DNA from: an uncultured Anaerolineaceae bacterium
GTDB taxonomy: Bacteria; Chloroflexota; Limnocylindria; Limnocylindrales; CSP1-4
NCBI GenBank assembly: GCA_964650135.1
Contig: CAZYTQ010000001.1
Coordinates: forward strand, 1,434 to 65,433
DNA length: 64,000 bases
Direction: 5' to 3'
Made by a program: the position numbers and the translations under genes
Notes under the pieces: model-generated
Told to the model about the DNA's origin: nothing
The model's input: only the letters and a program-made list of their open reading frames with translations
Database searches by the model: none
Part shown: positions 17,985 to 27,902 of the stretch, in pieces
Numbering within the stretch: position 1 is the stretch's first letter
Layout of the letters: the number at the start of each line of letters is the position of its first letter

Positions 17985-18006
17985 TCACCGCCCCGCAGTG
18001 TAGAGG

Positions 18007-18768
18007 ATGGATGTGCGCGAGCCGACCCTGCTGACGGCCGTGGGCCTGCGCAAGGCCTTCGGGCACGTCCAGGCGCTGCGCGGTGTGGACCTCGAGATCC
18101 ACGAGGGCGAGATCCTGGGGATCATCGGTGACAACGGCGCGGGCAAGTCCACCCTCATCGGCTGCCTGAGCGGGGTCATCCGACCCGATACGGGCTCCAT
18201 CATCGTGGATGGCCACGACGTCACGTTCGAAGGTCCGCACGACGCTCGCGAGCATGGCATCGAGACGGTGTTCCAGGATCTCGCGCTGGCCCCCGACCTC
18301 GAGCCGGCCATCAACCTGTATCTCGGCCGGGAGATCGTGCGGCCGGGCGTCCTGGGTCGTCTCCGCTTCGCCGATCGGGGTGCCATGCGGCGCGAGGCGG
18401 CGACACGTCTCAGCCAGCTGGGCATCGACCTGCCGCGTCTCGACCGACCCGTGTCGTACCTCTCGGGTGGCCAGCGTCAGGCCGTCGCCATCGCCCGCGC
18501 ACTCATCTGGGCCCGTCGGCTGCTGCTGCTCGACGAGCCGACCGCCGCGCTGGGCGTTCGCCAGTCGCGCATGGTCCACGACGTCATCCGTCGGGTGCGT
18601 GACCAGGGCGTGACCGTGGTCCTCATCAGTCACAACATGTCGGATGTGCTGGCGCTCACGGATCGGGTGGTGGCGATGCGCCTCGGCTCGGTGGCGGCCA
18701 CCTTCCGGACCCGGGAGGCGACCACGGACGACCTCGTCGCCGCCATCACCGGCTCGCGGGCTGCATGA
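18007..18768 (+). CDS. Sugar ABC transporter ATP-binding protein (single NBD, FrcA-like)
   Basis: Walker A GDNGAGKST, signature LSGGQRQ, Walker B LLLDEPTAAL. Confidence 0.85.
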   Translation: MDVREPTLLTAVGLRKAFGHVQALRGVDLEIHEGEILGIIGDNGAGKSTLIGCLSGVIRPDTGSIIVDGHDVTFEGPHDAREHGIETVFQDLALAPDLEPAINLYLGREIVRPGVLGRLRFADRGAMRREAATRLSQLGIDLPRLDRPVSYLSGGQRQAVAIARALIWARRLLLLDEPTAALGVRQSRMVHDVIRRVRDQGVTVVLISHNMSDVLALTDRVVAMRLGSVAATFRTREATTDDLVAAITGSRAA

Positions 18769-19901
18769 CCGGACCTGCGGCGCGCGTCGAGGGAACCCCG
18801 GTGGCCCAGGCTCCCCGGAGCCTCCGGAGCCTGCTCGACCGCTTCCTCATCGGCTCCAACGGCGCCATCTTCGTGGCGCTCGTGGTGCTCATCGTGGTCT
18901 TCTGGCTGGCATCGCCGAACGGTGCCTTCCTGTCGTCGCTCAGCGTGCGCGCCATGATCCTCGCCGCGTCGAGTGTGCTGGTCGTCGCGGTCGGCGCGAC
19001 CTTCGTGCTCATCGCGGGCCAGCTCGACCTGTCCATCGGATCGGTGCTGGTGCTCTCGGGCGTCGTGGGCATCAAGGTCATGACGAGCCTCGTGGACGCG
19101 GGCCTGGGCGACCTCATCGCCATCGTCACCGGCTGCCTCGCGGTGCTCGTCGTGGGCCTCGCCTGCGGCGTGGTCAACGGCCTGATCACGGTCCGGCTGC
19201 GCATCCCTTCGTTCATCGTGACCCTCGGGACCCTCAGCATCGCACTGGGCATCGCACAGCTGATCTCGGTCGGTCCGCTGTCGCAGCAGGTCCCGGACGC
19301 GATGAGGGACACCATCGGCCGGGGATCCCTGATGGGTGTCCCGTGGCCCGCGGTCATCGCCATCGGGGTCGCCTTCGCGGGCTGGGTGGTGCTCTCCCAG
19401 ACCACGCTCGGGCTCGCCTGCTACGCGGTCGGATCCAACCGTGAGGCGGCGCGCCGCGCGGGCCTGCCCATCGGCCGGCTCACGATCCTCGTGTTCGCGA
19501 TCATGGGTGTCTGTGCGGGCATCGCGGCCATCATCGACATGTCCCGGTTCACCACCGTCTCGGTCGCGGGCTACACCAACACCGCTCTCGCGGCGATCGC
19601 CGCGGTGATCATCGGCGGTACCAGCCTGTTCGGGGGCCGGGGCACCATCACGGGCACCGTCGTGGGCACCAGCATCCCCGTCGTGCTCCTGAGCGGCCTG
19701 GTCATCCTCCGGGTCGACCCCTTCTGGCAGAACATCGTGATCGGGGCGATGCTCATCGTCGCGGTCGCCTTCGACCAGCTGCAGCGGGAACGTATCTCGC
19801 GCGGCCTGTCCGGTGGCGGGGCTCCCGAGACGTCGCCACCCACCGATCCAGGGATCCCCGGGGATCCGTCGGCGCCTGCCGACGGGCCCGGTCCAGCCTG
19901 A
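18765..19901 (+). CDS. Sugar ABC transporter permease (RbsC/BPD_transp_2-type)
   Basis: ATGA overlap with the ATPase stop. Roughly 10 TM helices, Ala/Gly-rich. Confidence 0.85.
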   Translation: MTGPAARVEGTPVAQAPRSLRSLLDRFLIGSNGAIFVALVVLIVVFWLASPNGAFLSSLSVRAMILAASSVLVVAVGATFVLIAGQLDLSIGSVLVLSGVVGIKVMTSLVDAGLGDLIAIVTGCLAVLVVGLACGVVNGLITVRLRIPSFIVTLGTLSIALGIAQLISVGPLSQQVPDAMRDTIGRGSLMGVPWPAVIAIGVAFAGWVVLSQTTLGLACYAVGSNREAARRAGLPIGRLTILVFAIMGVCAGIAAIIDMSRFTTVSVAGYTNTALAAIAAVIIGGTSLFGGRGTITGTVVGTSIPVVLLSGLVILRVDPFWQNIVIGAMLIVAVAFDQLQRERISRGLSGGGAPETSPPTDPGIPGDPSAPADGPGPA

Positions 19902-19927
19902 TCCAGCGTCACGCAGAGGAGGCACCG

Positions 19928-20959
19928 ATGCACCTGGTCCAACGTTCGCTCGGCACGGGGGCCATCGCCCTGGCCGCGACCCTGCTCGCCGGCTCCGCGG
20001 TGCTCGCGCAGTCGCCGGCCACCTCGCCTGCCACGTCCGGGGGGACCGGCGTGGACGGCACGGGCAAGACCATCACGCTCGTGAGCGGCGTCCAGAACAA
20101 CCCCTACTTCGCGTCCATGGAGTGCGGCGCGCGCGTGGCCGGGCGAGACACCGGCGCCACCATCGACATCCAGGCACCGGCACAGTTCGATGCGAACCTC
20201 CAGAACCAGGTCATCCAGGCCGCTGCAGCGGTCGCACCGGACGGCCTGGTCATCGATGCGGTCTTCGCCGTCGAGGCGGCGCCGATCGTCCAGGAGATCA
20301 TCGACTCGGGCATCCCGGTGTCCATCATCGAGGAGCCGCTTGACACGACCGGCCAGGTCGCCACGCTGATGTCCGACCAGGTGGCCATGGGCCGGATGGC
20401 GGCCGAGATCCTGTTCGAGCGGATCGGTGACGCCGGCAAGGTCTATGTCATCGACTTCCAGGCCGGCGTGCCCAGCACGGATGGCCGCCTGACGGGCTTC
20501 AAGGAGGTCGTCGCGGATCATCCGAACATCGAGTTCGTGGGCTCCGACTACACGGGCGACGACCCGGCGGCGGCTGCCCAGGTGTTCTCGGGTGTGCTCC
20601 AGGCCCATCCTGACCTCAAGGGTGTCTGGGGCACGAACCTCTATGGCGTCCAGGGTGTCATCACGGCGCTCGAGGAGGCCGGTCTGTCCGACCAGGTGAC
20701 CGTCATGGCGCCCGATACGTTGCCCAACGAGATCGACTGGCTCCGGGACGGCAGCGTGTATGCGCTGGTGGGCCAGAAGCCCTACGAGCTGGGCTACCAG
20801 GGCGTGACCAGCATCCTCGAGCATCTCGCGGGTGCCCGCGAGAGGTCCGACGAGCGGGTCGTCATCGAGGACCCGTTCGTGGTCGTGACGCAGGAGAACA
20901 TGGACGACCCAGAGGTCTCCCGGTACTTCAACGCCTTCGACTGCGAGGTCTCGGGCTGA
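19928..20959 (+). CDS. Sugar ABC transporter substrate-binding protein (periplasmic-binding-protein type I, RbsB-like)
   Basis: Signal peptide (GAIALAATLLAGSAVLA). ~340 aa. KTITLVSGVQNNPYFASMECGA is typical of PBP-I sugar binders. Confidence 0.85.
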   Translation: MHLVQRSLGTGAIALAATLLAGSAVLAQSPATSPATSGGTGVDGTGKTITLVSGVQNNPYFASMECGARVAGRDTGATIDIQAPAQFDANLQNQVIQAAAAVAPDGLVIDAVFAVEAAPIVQEIIDSGIPVSIIEEPLDTTGQVATLMSDQVAMGRMAAEILFERIGDAGKVYVIDFQAGVPSTDGRLTGFKEVVADHPNIEFVGSDYTGDDPAAAAQVFSGVLQAHPDLKGVWGTNLYGVQGVITALEEAGLSDQVTVMAPDTLPNEIDWLRDGSVYALVGQKPYELGYQGVTSILEHLAGARERSDERVVIEDPFVVVTQENMDDPEVSRYFNAFDCEVSG

Positions 20960-20975
20960 CCCTGGCCACATCCCG

Positions 20976-21003
20976 TGCGATCGCGGCTGGAGCCGCGGTC
21001 GCA
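20976..21003 (+). promoter_or_regulatory. Imperfect inverted repeat GCGATCGCGGCT..AGCCGCGGTCGC (12-bp stem with one G-U wobble) just downstream of the SBP gene
   Basis: Read from the sequence. Analogous position to the 10285 stem-loop. Confidence 0.35.
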
Positions 21004-21031
21004 CCACCCCATCAGCGGAGCGGAGCACACG

Positions 21032-21829
21032 ATGGCTGAACCCCCGTCCCCCAGGACCGTCCTCGTCACGGGTGCCGCGCACGGCATCGGGCGGGCCATC
21101 TGCCTCGGTTTCGCGGCCGAGGGCGATCGGGTGGTCGTCAACGACGTCGATGAGGCGAAGACCGCCGAGACCGTGGCCGCGGTGCGCGCCGCGGGTGGCA
21201 CGGCTGTCGGCATCGGCGCGGACATCGGCGACAAGGCGCAGGTGGACGCGATGTTCGCGCGTGCCGAGGCCGAGCTGGGCACGGTCGGCGTGGTCGTCAA
21301 CAACGCGGCCTGGTACGAGTTCATCAACCCCAGCCAGCAGACCGTCGAGAGCTTCGAGAGGAACTTCAACGTCGACGTGACCGCGATGTTCCACACCATG
21401 AAGGCCGCACTGCCGGGCATGCAGCGCCTGGGAGGCGGGGTCATCGTGAGCATCGCCTCGCTTAACGCCTACGTGACCATCCCCCAGAACGCGGCGTACT
21501 CCGCGGCCAAGGCTGCCGTCGTGGCCCTCACCCGCGGCTTCGCGCTCGAGCTGGGCCCTCTTGGCATCCGTGTCTGCTCGGTGTCCCCGGGCTTCACGGC
21601 CACGCCGGTCGTCCAGGTCTACCTCGACGCGCTGACGCCCGAGCGGCGCAAGGAGGAGCTCGGTGCCTACGACGAGCGGATGCCCCTGCGCCGACTCGGC
21701 AGGCCCGAGGAGATCGCGGATGCGGTCGTCTTCCTCGCCTCGCCCAAGGCATCCTTCATCACGGGCACGGACCTGCTCGTCGATGGCGGCATGTACTGCC
21801 TCAACAAGGCGTTCTCGTACAACCCATGA
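21032..21829 (+). CDS. SDR family oxidoreductase
   Basis: VTGAAHGIG, NNAA, YSAAKAA. Start at the internal Met (MAEPPSPRTVLVTG). Confidence 0.8.
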   Translation: MAEPPSPRTVLVTGAAHGIGRAICLGFAAEGDRVVVNDVDEAKTAETVAAVRAAGGTAVGIGADIGDKAQVDAMFARAEAELGTVGVVVNNAAWYEFINPSQQTVESFERNFNVDVTAMFHTMKAALPGMQRLGGGVIVSIASLNAYVTIPQNAAYSAAKAAVVALTRGFALELGPLGIRVCSVSPGFTATPVVQVYLDALTPERRKEELGAYDERMPLRRLGRPEEIADAVVFLASPKASFITGTDLLVDGGMYCLNKAFSYNP

Positions 21830-21904
21830 GGGTGCCGGCGTCCCTCGACGGGTGCCGGCGAACCCAGGGCGGGCATTCACACCCGCCACCACGGAGGGAT
21901 CCGC

Positions 21905-22240
21905 ATGTTCGACATGGTCCGGCGCGCCGGTGACCTGCTGTTCGTCAACGGGATGGTCGGGCGGACCCCGGCCGGCCCGGTCGTCGAGGGCGGCATCCGT
22001 CCCCAGACCCGCCGCTGTCTCGAGCGCATCGAGGAGGTCCTCGACGGCGAGGGTCGTGACCGCACCCACATCGTGCGCTGCCGGTTCTTCCTCACCGACA
22101 TGCGTGAATGGCCGGCGGCTCGCGAGGAGGTCGATGCCTTCTTCGGCGAGCATTGCCCGCCCTCCACGGCGGTCGGCGTGACCGCGCTCGTGGAGCCGGG
22201 CATGTGCATCGAGATCGAGGTCGAGGCATCCGCCGCGTGA
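21905..22240 (+). CDS. RidA (YjgF/TdcF/L-PSP) family protein
   Basis: ~111 aa. Characteristic tail HCPPSTAVGVTALVEPGMCIEIEVEA and RRCLERIEEVL fit the RidA fold. Confidence 0.65.
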   Translation: MFDMVRRAGDLLFVNGMVGRTPAGPVVEGGIRPQTRRCLERIEEVLDGEGRDRTHIVRCRFFLTDMREWPAAREEVDAFFGEHCPPSTAVGVTALVEPGMCIEIEVEASAA

Positions 22241-23667
22241 CCGATCGATCCGTCGGGCGTGGCACCCGCTTCTCGGGGCCGATCCGGGTCGGCCTGTTGA
22301 CGCCGTACTGGGCGTTCTTCGACGACCACTTCCCGGCTGACTATCGGCCATCACAGGAGGCATACACCGAGCAGCTGGCCGGAGCGCTGGAGGCGCACGG
22401 TCTGGAGGTGACACGATCGGGGCTGCTGGACGGTGAGCCGGCCGCTGCCGTGGCGCGGCAGCGGTTCGCGGATGCCGATGTGCGGGTGGTCGTGGTCGCC
22501 GCGACGATGGCCGCCCCACCCACGTTCGGTGCCTCGGCATTGGCCGACTTCCATGGCCCCACCGTGATCTGGGACGACCGACGAACCGCGCATCTCGTCA
22601 CGGACGTGGATGAGGTGGAAGCGACCCGGGCATCCAGCATGCTCGGCTCGGTGATGCTCGCCAACGTGCTGTCCCGGGAGGGCAAGCGGTTCCTCACGGT
22701 GACCACGGACGGTGACGCGAGCCCGGTGGCGCGAGCGGTCGTGGGGGCGGCCGCCGCGGACGCCGTGCGTGGCGCGCGGCTGGGCCTGCTGGGCGGTGCG
22801 GTCATCGGGTATGGCGACGTCATCCTCGATGCGGAGCACGCCGCGGACCTCGGCGTCGATCTCGTGACCATCGATGGTCCAGCGGTGGAGACGGCGTTGG
22901 CGCAGGCGTTCCGGACACCTCTTGCCGCGCTGCCGGCTGGTGTGCGTGTCATGGGCGGCGTGGAGCCGCTGCTGGAGCGCAGCCTGCGCACCCATCGCTT
23001 CCTCGAGGCCGTGGCCGACATCGGGTCACTCGATGCGCTGGCCCTCAACTGCCACTCCGACGTGCTCCGCTGGAGCGAGCGCCTGGGGGTCGTCGCATGT
23101 CTGGGCTCATCGATGCTGTGGTCCACAGGGGTGCCGGTCGCATGCACCGGGGATGGCGCCACGGCCGTCGCCCTGATGCTCGGCGCCCGCATCGCCGGGG
23201 CCGCGCAGTACAGCGAGGGCTATCTCGTGGAGAGCGCCACGGGCGAGCTCGTGGTGTCCTCGTGTGGCATGGCGGACCTGTCGCTGGCCGGGGATGGCGT
23301 GCCGCGGCTGTGCCCCAACGAGCTGTACCCCGGCCGCAATGGGATGGGCATCGCGACACGCTTCGACTTCGCGGCCGGGCCGGCGACCATCGCGGCCTTC
23401 GGCCCCGGCACGCCCACGATGCCCCATCGGATCGTCGTGTCCGCGGGAGACCTCAGCGGCCGGGGTTTCGAGCATCTGAACGGACCGAGCGGCACGATCG
23501 GCTTCGATGACCCGGCATCGCCGGGTGCGAGCGCTGCCTGGATCGACGTCGCGCCGGCCCATCACCTCGCGCTGATGCGTGGTGACCGGCGTCCGGAACT
23601 GCGCGCCGCGAGCCGGTTCCTGGGCGTGGCATGCATCGAGATCGGACCGCAGGGGAGGGTGGCATGA
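22237..23667 (+). CDS. Putative sugar isomerase-like protein (L-arabinose/L-fucose isomerase-like; assignment uncertain)
   Basis: GTGA overlap with the ridA-like stop. ~476 aa. Sequence is loosely reminiscent of AraA/FucI-like proteins (VGLLTPYWAFFDDHF..). No strong motif. Confidence 0.3.
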   Translation: MTDRSVGRGTRFSGPIRVGLLTPYWAFFDDHFPADYRPSQEAYTEQLAGALEAHGLEVTRSGLLDGEPAAAVARQRFADADVRVVVVAATMAAPPTFGASALADFHGPTVIWDDRRTAHLVTDVDEVEATRASSMLGSVMLANVLSREGKRFLTVTTDGDASPVARAVVGAAAADAVRGARLGLLGGAVIGYGDVILDAEHAADLGVDLVTIDGPAVETALAQAFRTPLAALPAGVRVMGGVEPLLERSLRTHRFLEAVADIGSLDALALNCHSDVLRWSERLGVVACLGSSMLWSTGVPVACTGDGATAVALMLGARIAGAAQYSEGYLVESATGELVVSSCGMADLSLAGDGVPRLCPNELYPGRNGMGIATRFDFAAGPATIAAFGPGTPTMPHRIVVSAGDLSGRGFEHLNGPSGTIGFDDPASPGASAAWIDVAPAHHLALMRGDRRPELRAASRFLGVACIEIGPQGRVA

Positions 23668-24740
23668 GCGACACGGACACGAACGACACGCGAGACCTGG
23701 TCGGACGGATCCTGACGGTGCTCGGCCCCATCGATCCAGCCGACGCCGGCCCCGCGCTCCTCCACGAGCATCTGCTCAATGACATCGAGCGGATGGTCCC
23801 CGAGCCCACCGAACCCGAGGCGCGGCGGCTGTTTCACCAGCCCGTCACGCTGGAGCACCTCGGCGAGATCCTGTGGTCCCGCGAGGGGATGCTGTCGAAG
23901 GACAACATCGACCAGGGGTCCATCGAGCTGCGCGCCGACGAGCTGACGCGCTATCGGGCGGTGGGTGGCGGAACCCTGGCCGAGGTCTCGGCCATCGGCC
24001 TGCGCCACGATGCGCGTGAGCTGCCCGAGCTGTCGCGACGGTCCGGCATCCACATCGTGGCGGGCAGCGCGTTCTTCGTCGAGGCGCTCACCCCACCGGA
24101 GTCCCTCGAGAGGAGCATCGAGCAGCTGGCGGCAGTGCTCATCGGCGAGCATCGCAGCGGCATCGGGGACAGCGGGGTCCGCGCGGGGTTCCTGGGCGAG
24201 GTGGGCACCGGTGCGCCCGTCATGCCCTTCGAGGAGCGGTCGCTCCGGGCGAGCGTGCTCGCGATGCATGAGACGGGCATGGGCATGATGGTCCACACCG
24301 ACCCGTGGGCGAAGGCCGGCCTGGATGTCGTGGACATCCTCGAGGATGCCGGCGCCGACCTGTCCCGCGTCGTCATCGGTCACCTCAACCCGACCCTGCC
24401 GGACATCGGCTACCACCGGGCCATCGCCGAGCGTGGCGCCGTGCTGGGCTACGACCTGTGCGGCTATGACATCGTCCAGCGACCGGGTCGCTTCCCGGCC
24501 CGCGACTGGGAGACGGCCGATGCGGTGGCCACGCTCGTGGGGGAGGGCCATGGCGCCCGGATCATCCTGTCCATGGACACCGCGCTCAAGACCGACTACG
24601 TGCGCTATGGCGGTTGGGGCTACGGCCACGTCCTGAGCCACATGGTGCCGCTGCTCCGCGAACGCGGCCTCGACGATGGCACCATCCGGACCATCACGAC
24701 CGACACCCCGGCGCGCATCCTGACGCTGACACCCAGCTGA
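23664..24740 (+). CDS. Phosphotriesterase-family (PTE-like lactonase) protein
   Basis: ATGA overlap with the upstream gene. GPALLHEHLLNDI HxH motif. ~358 aa. Confidence 0.8.
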   Translation: MSDTDTNDTRDLVGRILTVLGPIDPADAGPALLHEHLLNDIERMVPEPTEPEARRLFHQPVTLEHLGEILWSREGMLSKDNIDQGSIELRADELTRYRAVGGGTLAEVSAIGLRHDARELPELSRRSGIHIVAGSAFFVEALTPPESLERSIEQLAAVLIGEHRSGIGDSGVRAGFLGEVGTGAPVMPFEERSLRASVLAMHETGMGMMVHTDPWAKAGLDVVDILEDAGADLSRVVIGHLNPTLPDIGYHRAIAERGAVLGYDLCGYDIVQRPGRFPARDWETADAVATLVGEGHGARIILSMDTALKTDYVRYGGWGYGHVLSHMVPLLRERGLDDGTIRTITTDTPARILTLTPS

Positions 24741-24761
24741 TCGGGGTCCGATGCCGCACCG

Positions 24762-24791
24762 TTGACGCGGACGGCCCGTGCCCTCTAGCCT
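24762..24791 (+). promoter_or_regulatory. Candidate promoter: -35 TTGACG (24762-24767), 18-nt spacer, -10 TAGCCT (24786-24791). This duplicates the element at 5674-5702
   Basis: Read from the sequence. The downstream stretch CCAGcgGACACACgAT parallels CCAGacGACACACaTC at 5703-5718. Confidence 0.35.
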
Positions 24792-24830
24792 CCAGCGGAC
24801 ACACGATTTCCCGACGACGAGGTGACGCAC

Positions 24831-25673
24831 ATGGCGAGCGGACGCGTGCTGGCGGGTGGGCTCGACCATCCGGAGGGCCTGGCGTGGGATCCCGTGACGG
24901 GCACCATCGTCGCGGGCGGTGAGGCAGGCCAGCTGTATCGGGTGGACATCGCGACCGGGGCAGTGACCACGATCGCCCAGACCGGGGGTTACGTCCTCGG
25001 CATCGCCATCGATGGGGCGGGGCGCATCTTCTGGTGTGACCAGGTCCACCACGCGGTCATGCGCTTCGATCCCGTGACCGGCGTCCACGATGCATGGAGC
25101 CGCGGTGCGCCAGACGTGCCGCTGCGCATCCCCAACGCGTTGGTGTTCGACGCTGTGGGCCGGCTGTACGTCTCGGAGTCGGGGTCATGGGCCGACCACG
25201 ACGGGGGTGTGTTCATCGTGGAGCCCGACGGCACGACCCGCGTCGGCTCCACCGAGACACGTGACTTCGCCAACGGGGTCGCGATCGATCCGACGGGCGC
25301 CCACCTGTACGTGCTCGAGACATCGGGCCCGGCGCTGGTCCGGCTGCCCATCACGGCCGACGGGTCACTGGGTCCCCGGGAGCTGGTGACGACGCTGCCG
25401 CGCACGGTCCCCGATGGCCTGGCGTTCGCTGCCGACGGGCGACTGCTCATCTCCTGCTTCCGGCCGGATGCGATCCTGGCGTGGGACGGCCACACGGTCA
25501 CCACGCTCCTCGACGACTGGACCGGCCTGACGCTCAGCGCGCCGACCAACATCGCGTACTTCGGTGACGGCCTGATACGTCTCGGGGCGGCGAACATCGG
25601 CTTCCAGCATCTCGCCGAGATCGAGGGTGCCCCGGTCGGTGCCCCGCTCCACGCCCCGATGCTGCCCGCGTGA
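24831..25673 (+). CDS. SMP-30/gluconolactonase/LRE-family lactonase (paralog of 5738..6574, roughly 65-70% identical by eye)
   Basis: GLDHPEGLAWDP, GRIFWCDQ, NALVFDAVGRLYVSESG, PDGLAF. ATG at 24831 is chosen over GTG at 24822 because it aligns with the paralog N-terminus. Confidence 0.85.
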   Translation: MASGRVLAGGLDHPEGLAWDPVTGTIVAGGEAGQLYRVDIATGAVTTIAQTGGYVLGIAIDGAGRIFWCDQVHHAVMRFDPVTGVHDAWSRGAPDVPLRIPNALVFDAVGRLYVSESGSWADHDGGVFIVEPDGTTRVGSTETRDFANGVAIDPTGAHLYVLETSGPALVRLPITADGSLGPRELVTTLPRTVPDGLAFAADGRLLISCFRPDAILAWDGHTVTTLLDDWTGLTLSAPTNIAYFGDGLIRLGAANIGFQHLAEIEGAPVGAPLHAPMLPA

Positions 25674-25715
25674 CGCCCGCCTGATGGGGCCCATCGGCGG
25701 GCGGCCCGGTCGTCC

Positions 25716-26765
25716 ATGAGCCCGCCGCGTGCGGCGGCGCCCGGCCGGCCCCCGACGCTCCGCGACGTGGCGGCCCGGGCGGGTGTGGATCCGAGCGTCG
25801 TCTCGCGCGTGCTCAACGCCGACCGCACGCTCAAGATCACGGACACGACCCGGGAACGGGTGCTCGCGTCGGTCCAGGCGCTGGGCTATCGACCCAACGC
25901 GCTCGCACGTGGCCTGCGCATGTCGACCACCTCGGCGCTCGGCCTCGTGCTGCCCGAGGTCTCCAACCCGGTCTACGGGCCGATCGTGGTGGGTGCCGAA
26001 CGACGTGCCGCGGAGGCGGGCTTCGTGCTCATCCTGGGCAGCGGCGCGGATGCCGCGACCACGGAGGCGTCATTCGCCCGCCTGCTCCAGGAGGGCCGTG
26101 TCGATGCGCTCCTGGTCGCGTCCGCGACGGTCGAGGACGAGCTGCTGCGTGGGCTGGCGCGCGGCTCGGCGCCGGTGATCGCGGTCAATCGGCGCATCGC
26201 GGGGGCCGTGGGGTCCATCGTCGTCGACGATGCGGCCGGCGCGAGCATGGCGACCCGTCATCTCATCGAGCTGGGTCATCGACACATCACCCATGTCTCG
26301 GGCCCCCCCGCGATGGACACGACGGCACGTCGCCAGGCGGGCTACGAGACCGCGATGACCGAGGCCGGTCTCTCGCCGCGTGTCGTGGCGGGCCGTGGCT
26401 GGGACGCTGCGTCGGGTCACGCGGTGGCCCCCGAGGTGCTCCACGACCCGCGGATGAGCGCGGTGTTCGTGGCCAACATCATGGCCGCCATCGGCGTCAT
26501 CCGCGCCGCTCGCGAGCGGGGACAGCGGGTGCCCGATGATCTCGCGGTGGTGGCGCTCCACGACTCGCCGGTCGCGGAGTATTTCGAGCCACCCCTGACG
26601 ACGGTCCGCCTGCCGCTGGAGCAGCTGGGACGGGCGGCCGTGGAGCTGGTCCTCGAGCGCATCGCTGGCGCCGCGCCACGAGACGTGCTGCTGGACGACC
26701 CGCCGGAGCTCCTGGTGCGCGGCTCCGCACGTCGCCTCAAGGCCCATCGCGGCGCCCGCCGGTAG
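25716..26765 (+). CDS. LacI-family transcriptional regulator (paralog of 16825..17949)
   Basis: HTH PTLRDVAARAGVDPSVVSRVLNADRTL plus a sugar-binding-like effector domain. Confidence 0.85.
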   Translation: MSPPRAAAPGRPPTLRDVAARAGVDPSVVSRVLNADRTLKITDTTRERVLASVQALGYRPNALARGLRMSTTSALGLVLPEVSNPVYGPIVVGAERRAAEAGFVLILGSGADAATTEASFARLLQEGRVDALLVASATVEDELLRGLARGSAPVIAVNRRIAGAVGSIVVDDAAGASMATRHLIELGHRHITHVSGPPAMDTTARRQAGYETAMTEAGLSPRVVAGRGWDAASGHAVAPEVLHDPRMSAVFVANIMAAIGVIRAARERGQRVPDDLAVVALHDSPVAEYFEPPLTTVRLPLEQLGRAAVELVLERIAGAAPRDVLLDDPPELLVRGSARRLKAHRGARR

Positions 26766-26894
26766 CCGCGCCGTCACCCGATCGGCACTCGATCGACGCC
26801 CTCTTGACACCGACGGGCGCGACCGGCCACACTGCCCGGCAAGGCACGCAGGAAATCGTTTGACTGCTGCCACGGACGGACGAGGAGGAAGGTC

Positions 26895-27902
26895 ATGAGG
26901 TCGATGCGCGTCGCATCGCTGGGCGCCACGCTGGGTGTCCTGGTCCTGGGCTCGGCGGCCCTCGCACAATCCCCGTCGGCACCCGCCGCCGGATCGCCGG
27001 CAGCGGCGGACTGCGGCACGGGTGTCCAGAAGCTGGGCTACTCGCCGCTCAACATGGAGTTCGATTACTTCCGGTTCACGGAGCAGGGTCTGCGCGAGAT
27101 CGCCGATGCCTGCGGCATCGAGCTGGCGATCGCGGATCCCAAGGGTGACGCGGCAGGCCAGGTGTCGGGCATCGAGAACCTCATCGCGGCGGGCATCCAG
27201 GGCGTGGGCATCGTGTCCATCGATCCGGTGGCCATCACCACGGCGGTGGAGGCGGCCCACGCGGCGGGCATCCCGGTCGTGTCCCAGGTGTCCACCTTCG
27301 AGGGCGCCGATGCCTATGTCGGCCTTCCGGAGCATGAGTTCGGACGACTCCAGGGCCAGGCGAACGGCCAGGCGCTGCTCGCGCTCAAGCCGGGCAAGGA
27401 GACCTACACGGTCGCGGTCCTCAATGCCGACTCGTTGGGCACGGGTCTCCTCGACCGCAAGCAGGGCCTCATCGACGGGCTCAACGAGTCGGTCACCAAC
27501 TACGAGATCGTCTCGGACGTCGAGGCGTGGGCCGAGGACACGGCACTCACCGCGGTGGAGACCATCCTCCAGGCGCATCCGGACCTCGACCTGATCATGA
27601 CCGTCAACGACCCCGGCTCGCTGGGCGCTCGCTCGGCGGTCCAGTCGGCCGGCAAGGCGCTCAACACGGACGTCATCGTGGGTGGGCTGGGCATCGACAA
27701 GCGCGTCCTCGAGGGCGTCCTCGCGGGCGACTTCCCGGCCTCGGTGAGCCCGGAGCCGGTGAACACGGGCCGGATGATCGCGCAGGCGCTCATCACGCTC
27801 GCCAGCGGTGGCACGGTCGAGACGCAGATCGACGTCCCGCCGGTGCTCATCACCGGGGAGAACGCGCAGGCCTACATCGACCTGCTGTATCCCGCCCAGT
27901 GA
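26895..27902 (+). CDS. Sugar ABC transporter substrate-binding protein (PBP type I, RbsB-like)
   Basis: Signal peptide (VASLGATLGVLVLGSAALA). GAGGAGGAAGG RBS upstream. Confidence 0.85.
   Translation: MRSMRVASLGATLGVLVLGSAALAQSPSAPAAGSPAAADCGTGVQKLGYSPLNMEFDYFRFTEQGLREIADACGIELAIADPKGDAAGQVSGIENLIAAGIQGVGIVSIDPVAITTAVEAAHAAGIPVVSQVSTFEGADAYVGLPEHEFGRLQGQANGQALLALKPGKETYTVAVLNADSLGTGLLDRKQGLIDGLNESVTNYEIVSDVEAWAEDTALTAVETILQAHPDLDLIMTVNDPGSLGARSAVQSAGKALNTDVIVGGLGIDKRVLEGVLAGDFPASVSPEPVNTGRMIAQALITLASGGTVETQIDVPPVLITGENAQAYIDLLYPAQ

Noticed and set aside
18007-18768. Single-NBD ATPase (253 aa) with an RbsC-type permease, as a possible truncated or pseudogenised RbsA
   Set aside because: All Walker A, signature and Walker B motifs are intact and the gene is translationally coupled to the permease. 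Single-NBD ATPases (FrcA-like) are known in this transporter class.
19571-22540. 989-aa minus-strand ORF, the longest in the track
   Set aside because: Antisense to four well-supported plus-strand genes (permease, SBP, SDR, RidA). No recognisable motifs and a biased R/A/G/P composition.
26804-26833. TTGACA-18 nt-CACACT as the promoter for the SBP gene at 26895
   Set aside because: The -35 is perfect but the -10 does not fit TANNNT. Noted only as context for the operator-like half-site at 26858-26865.
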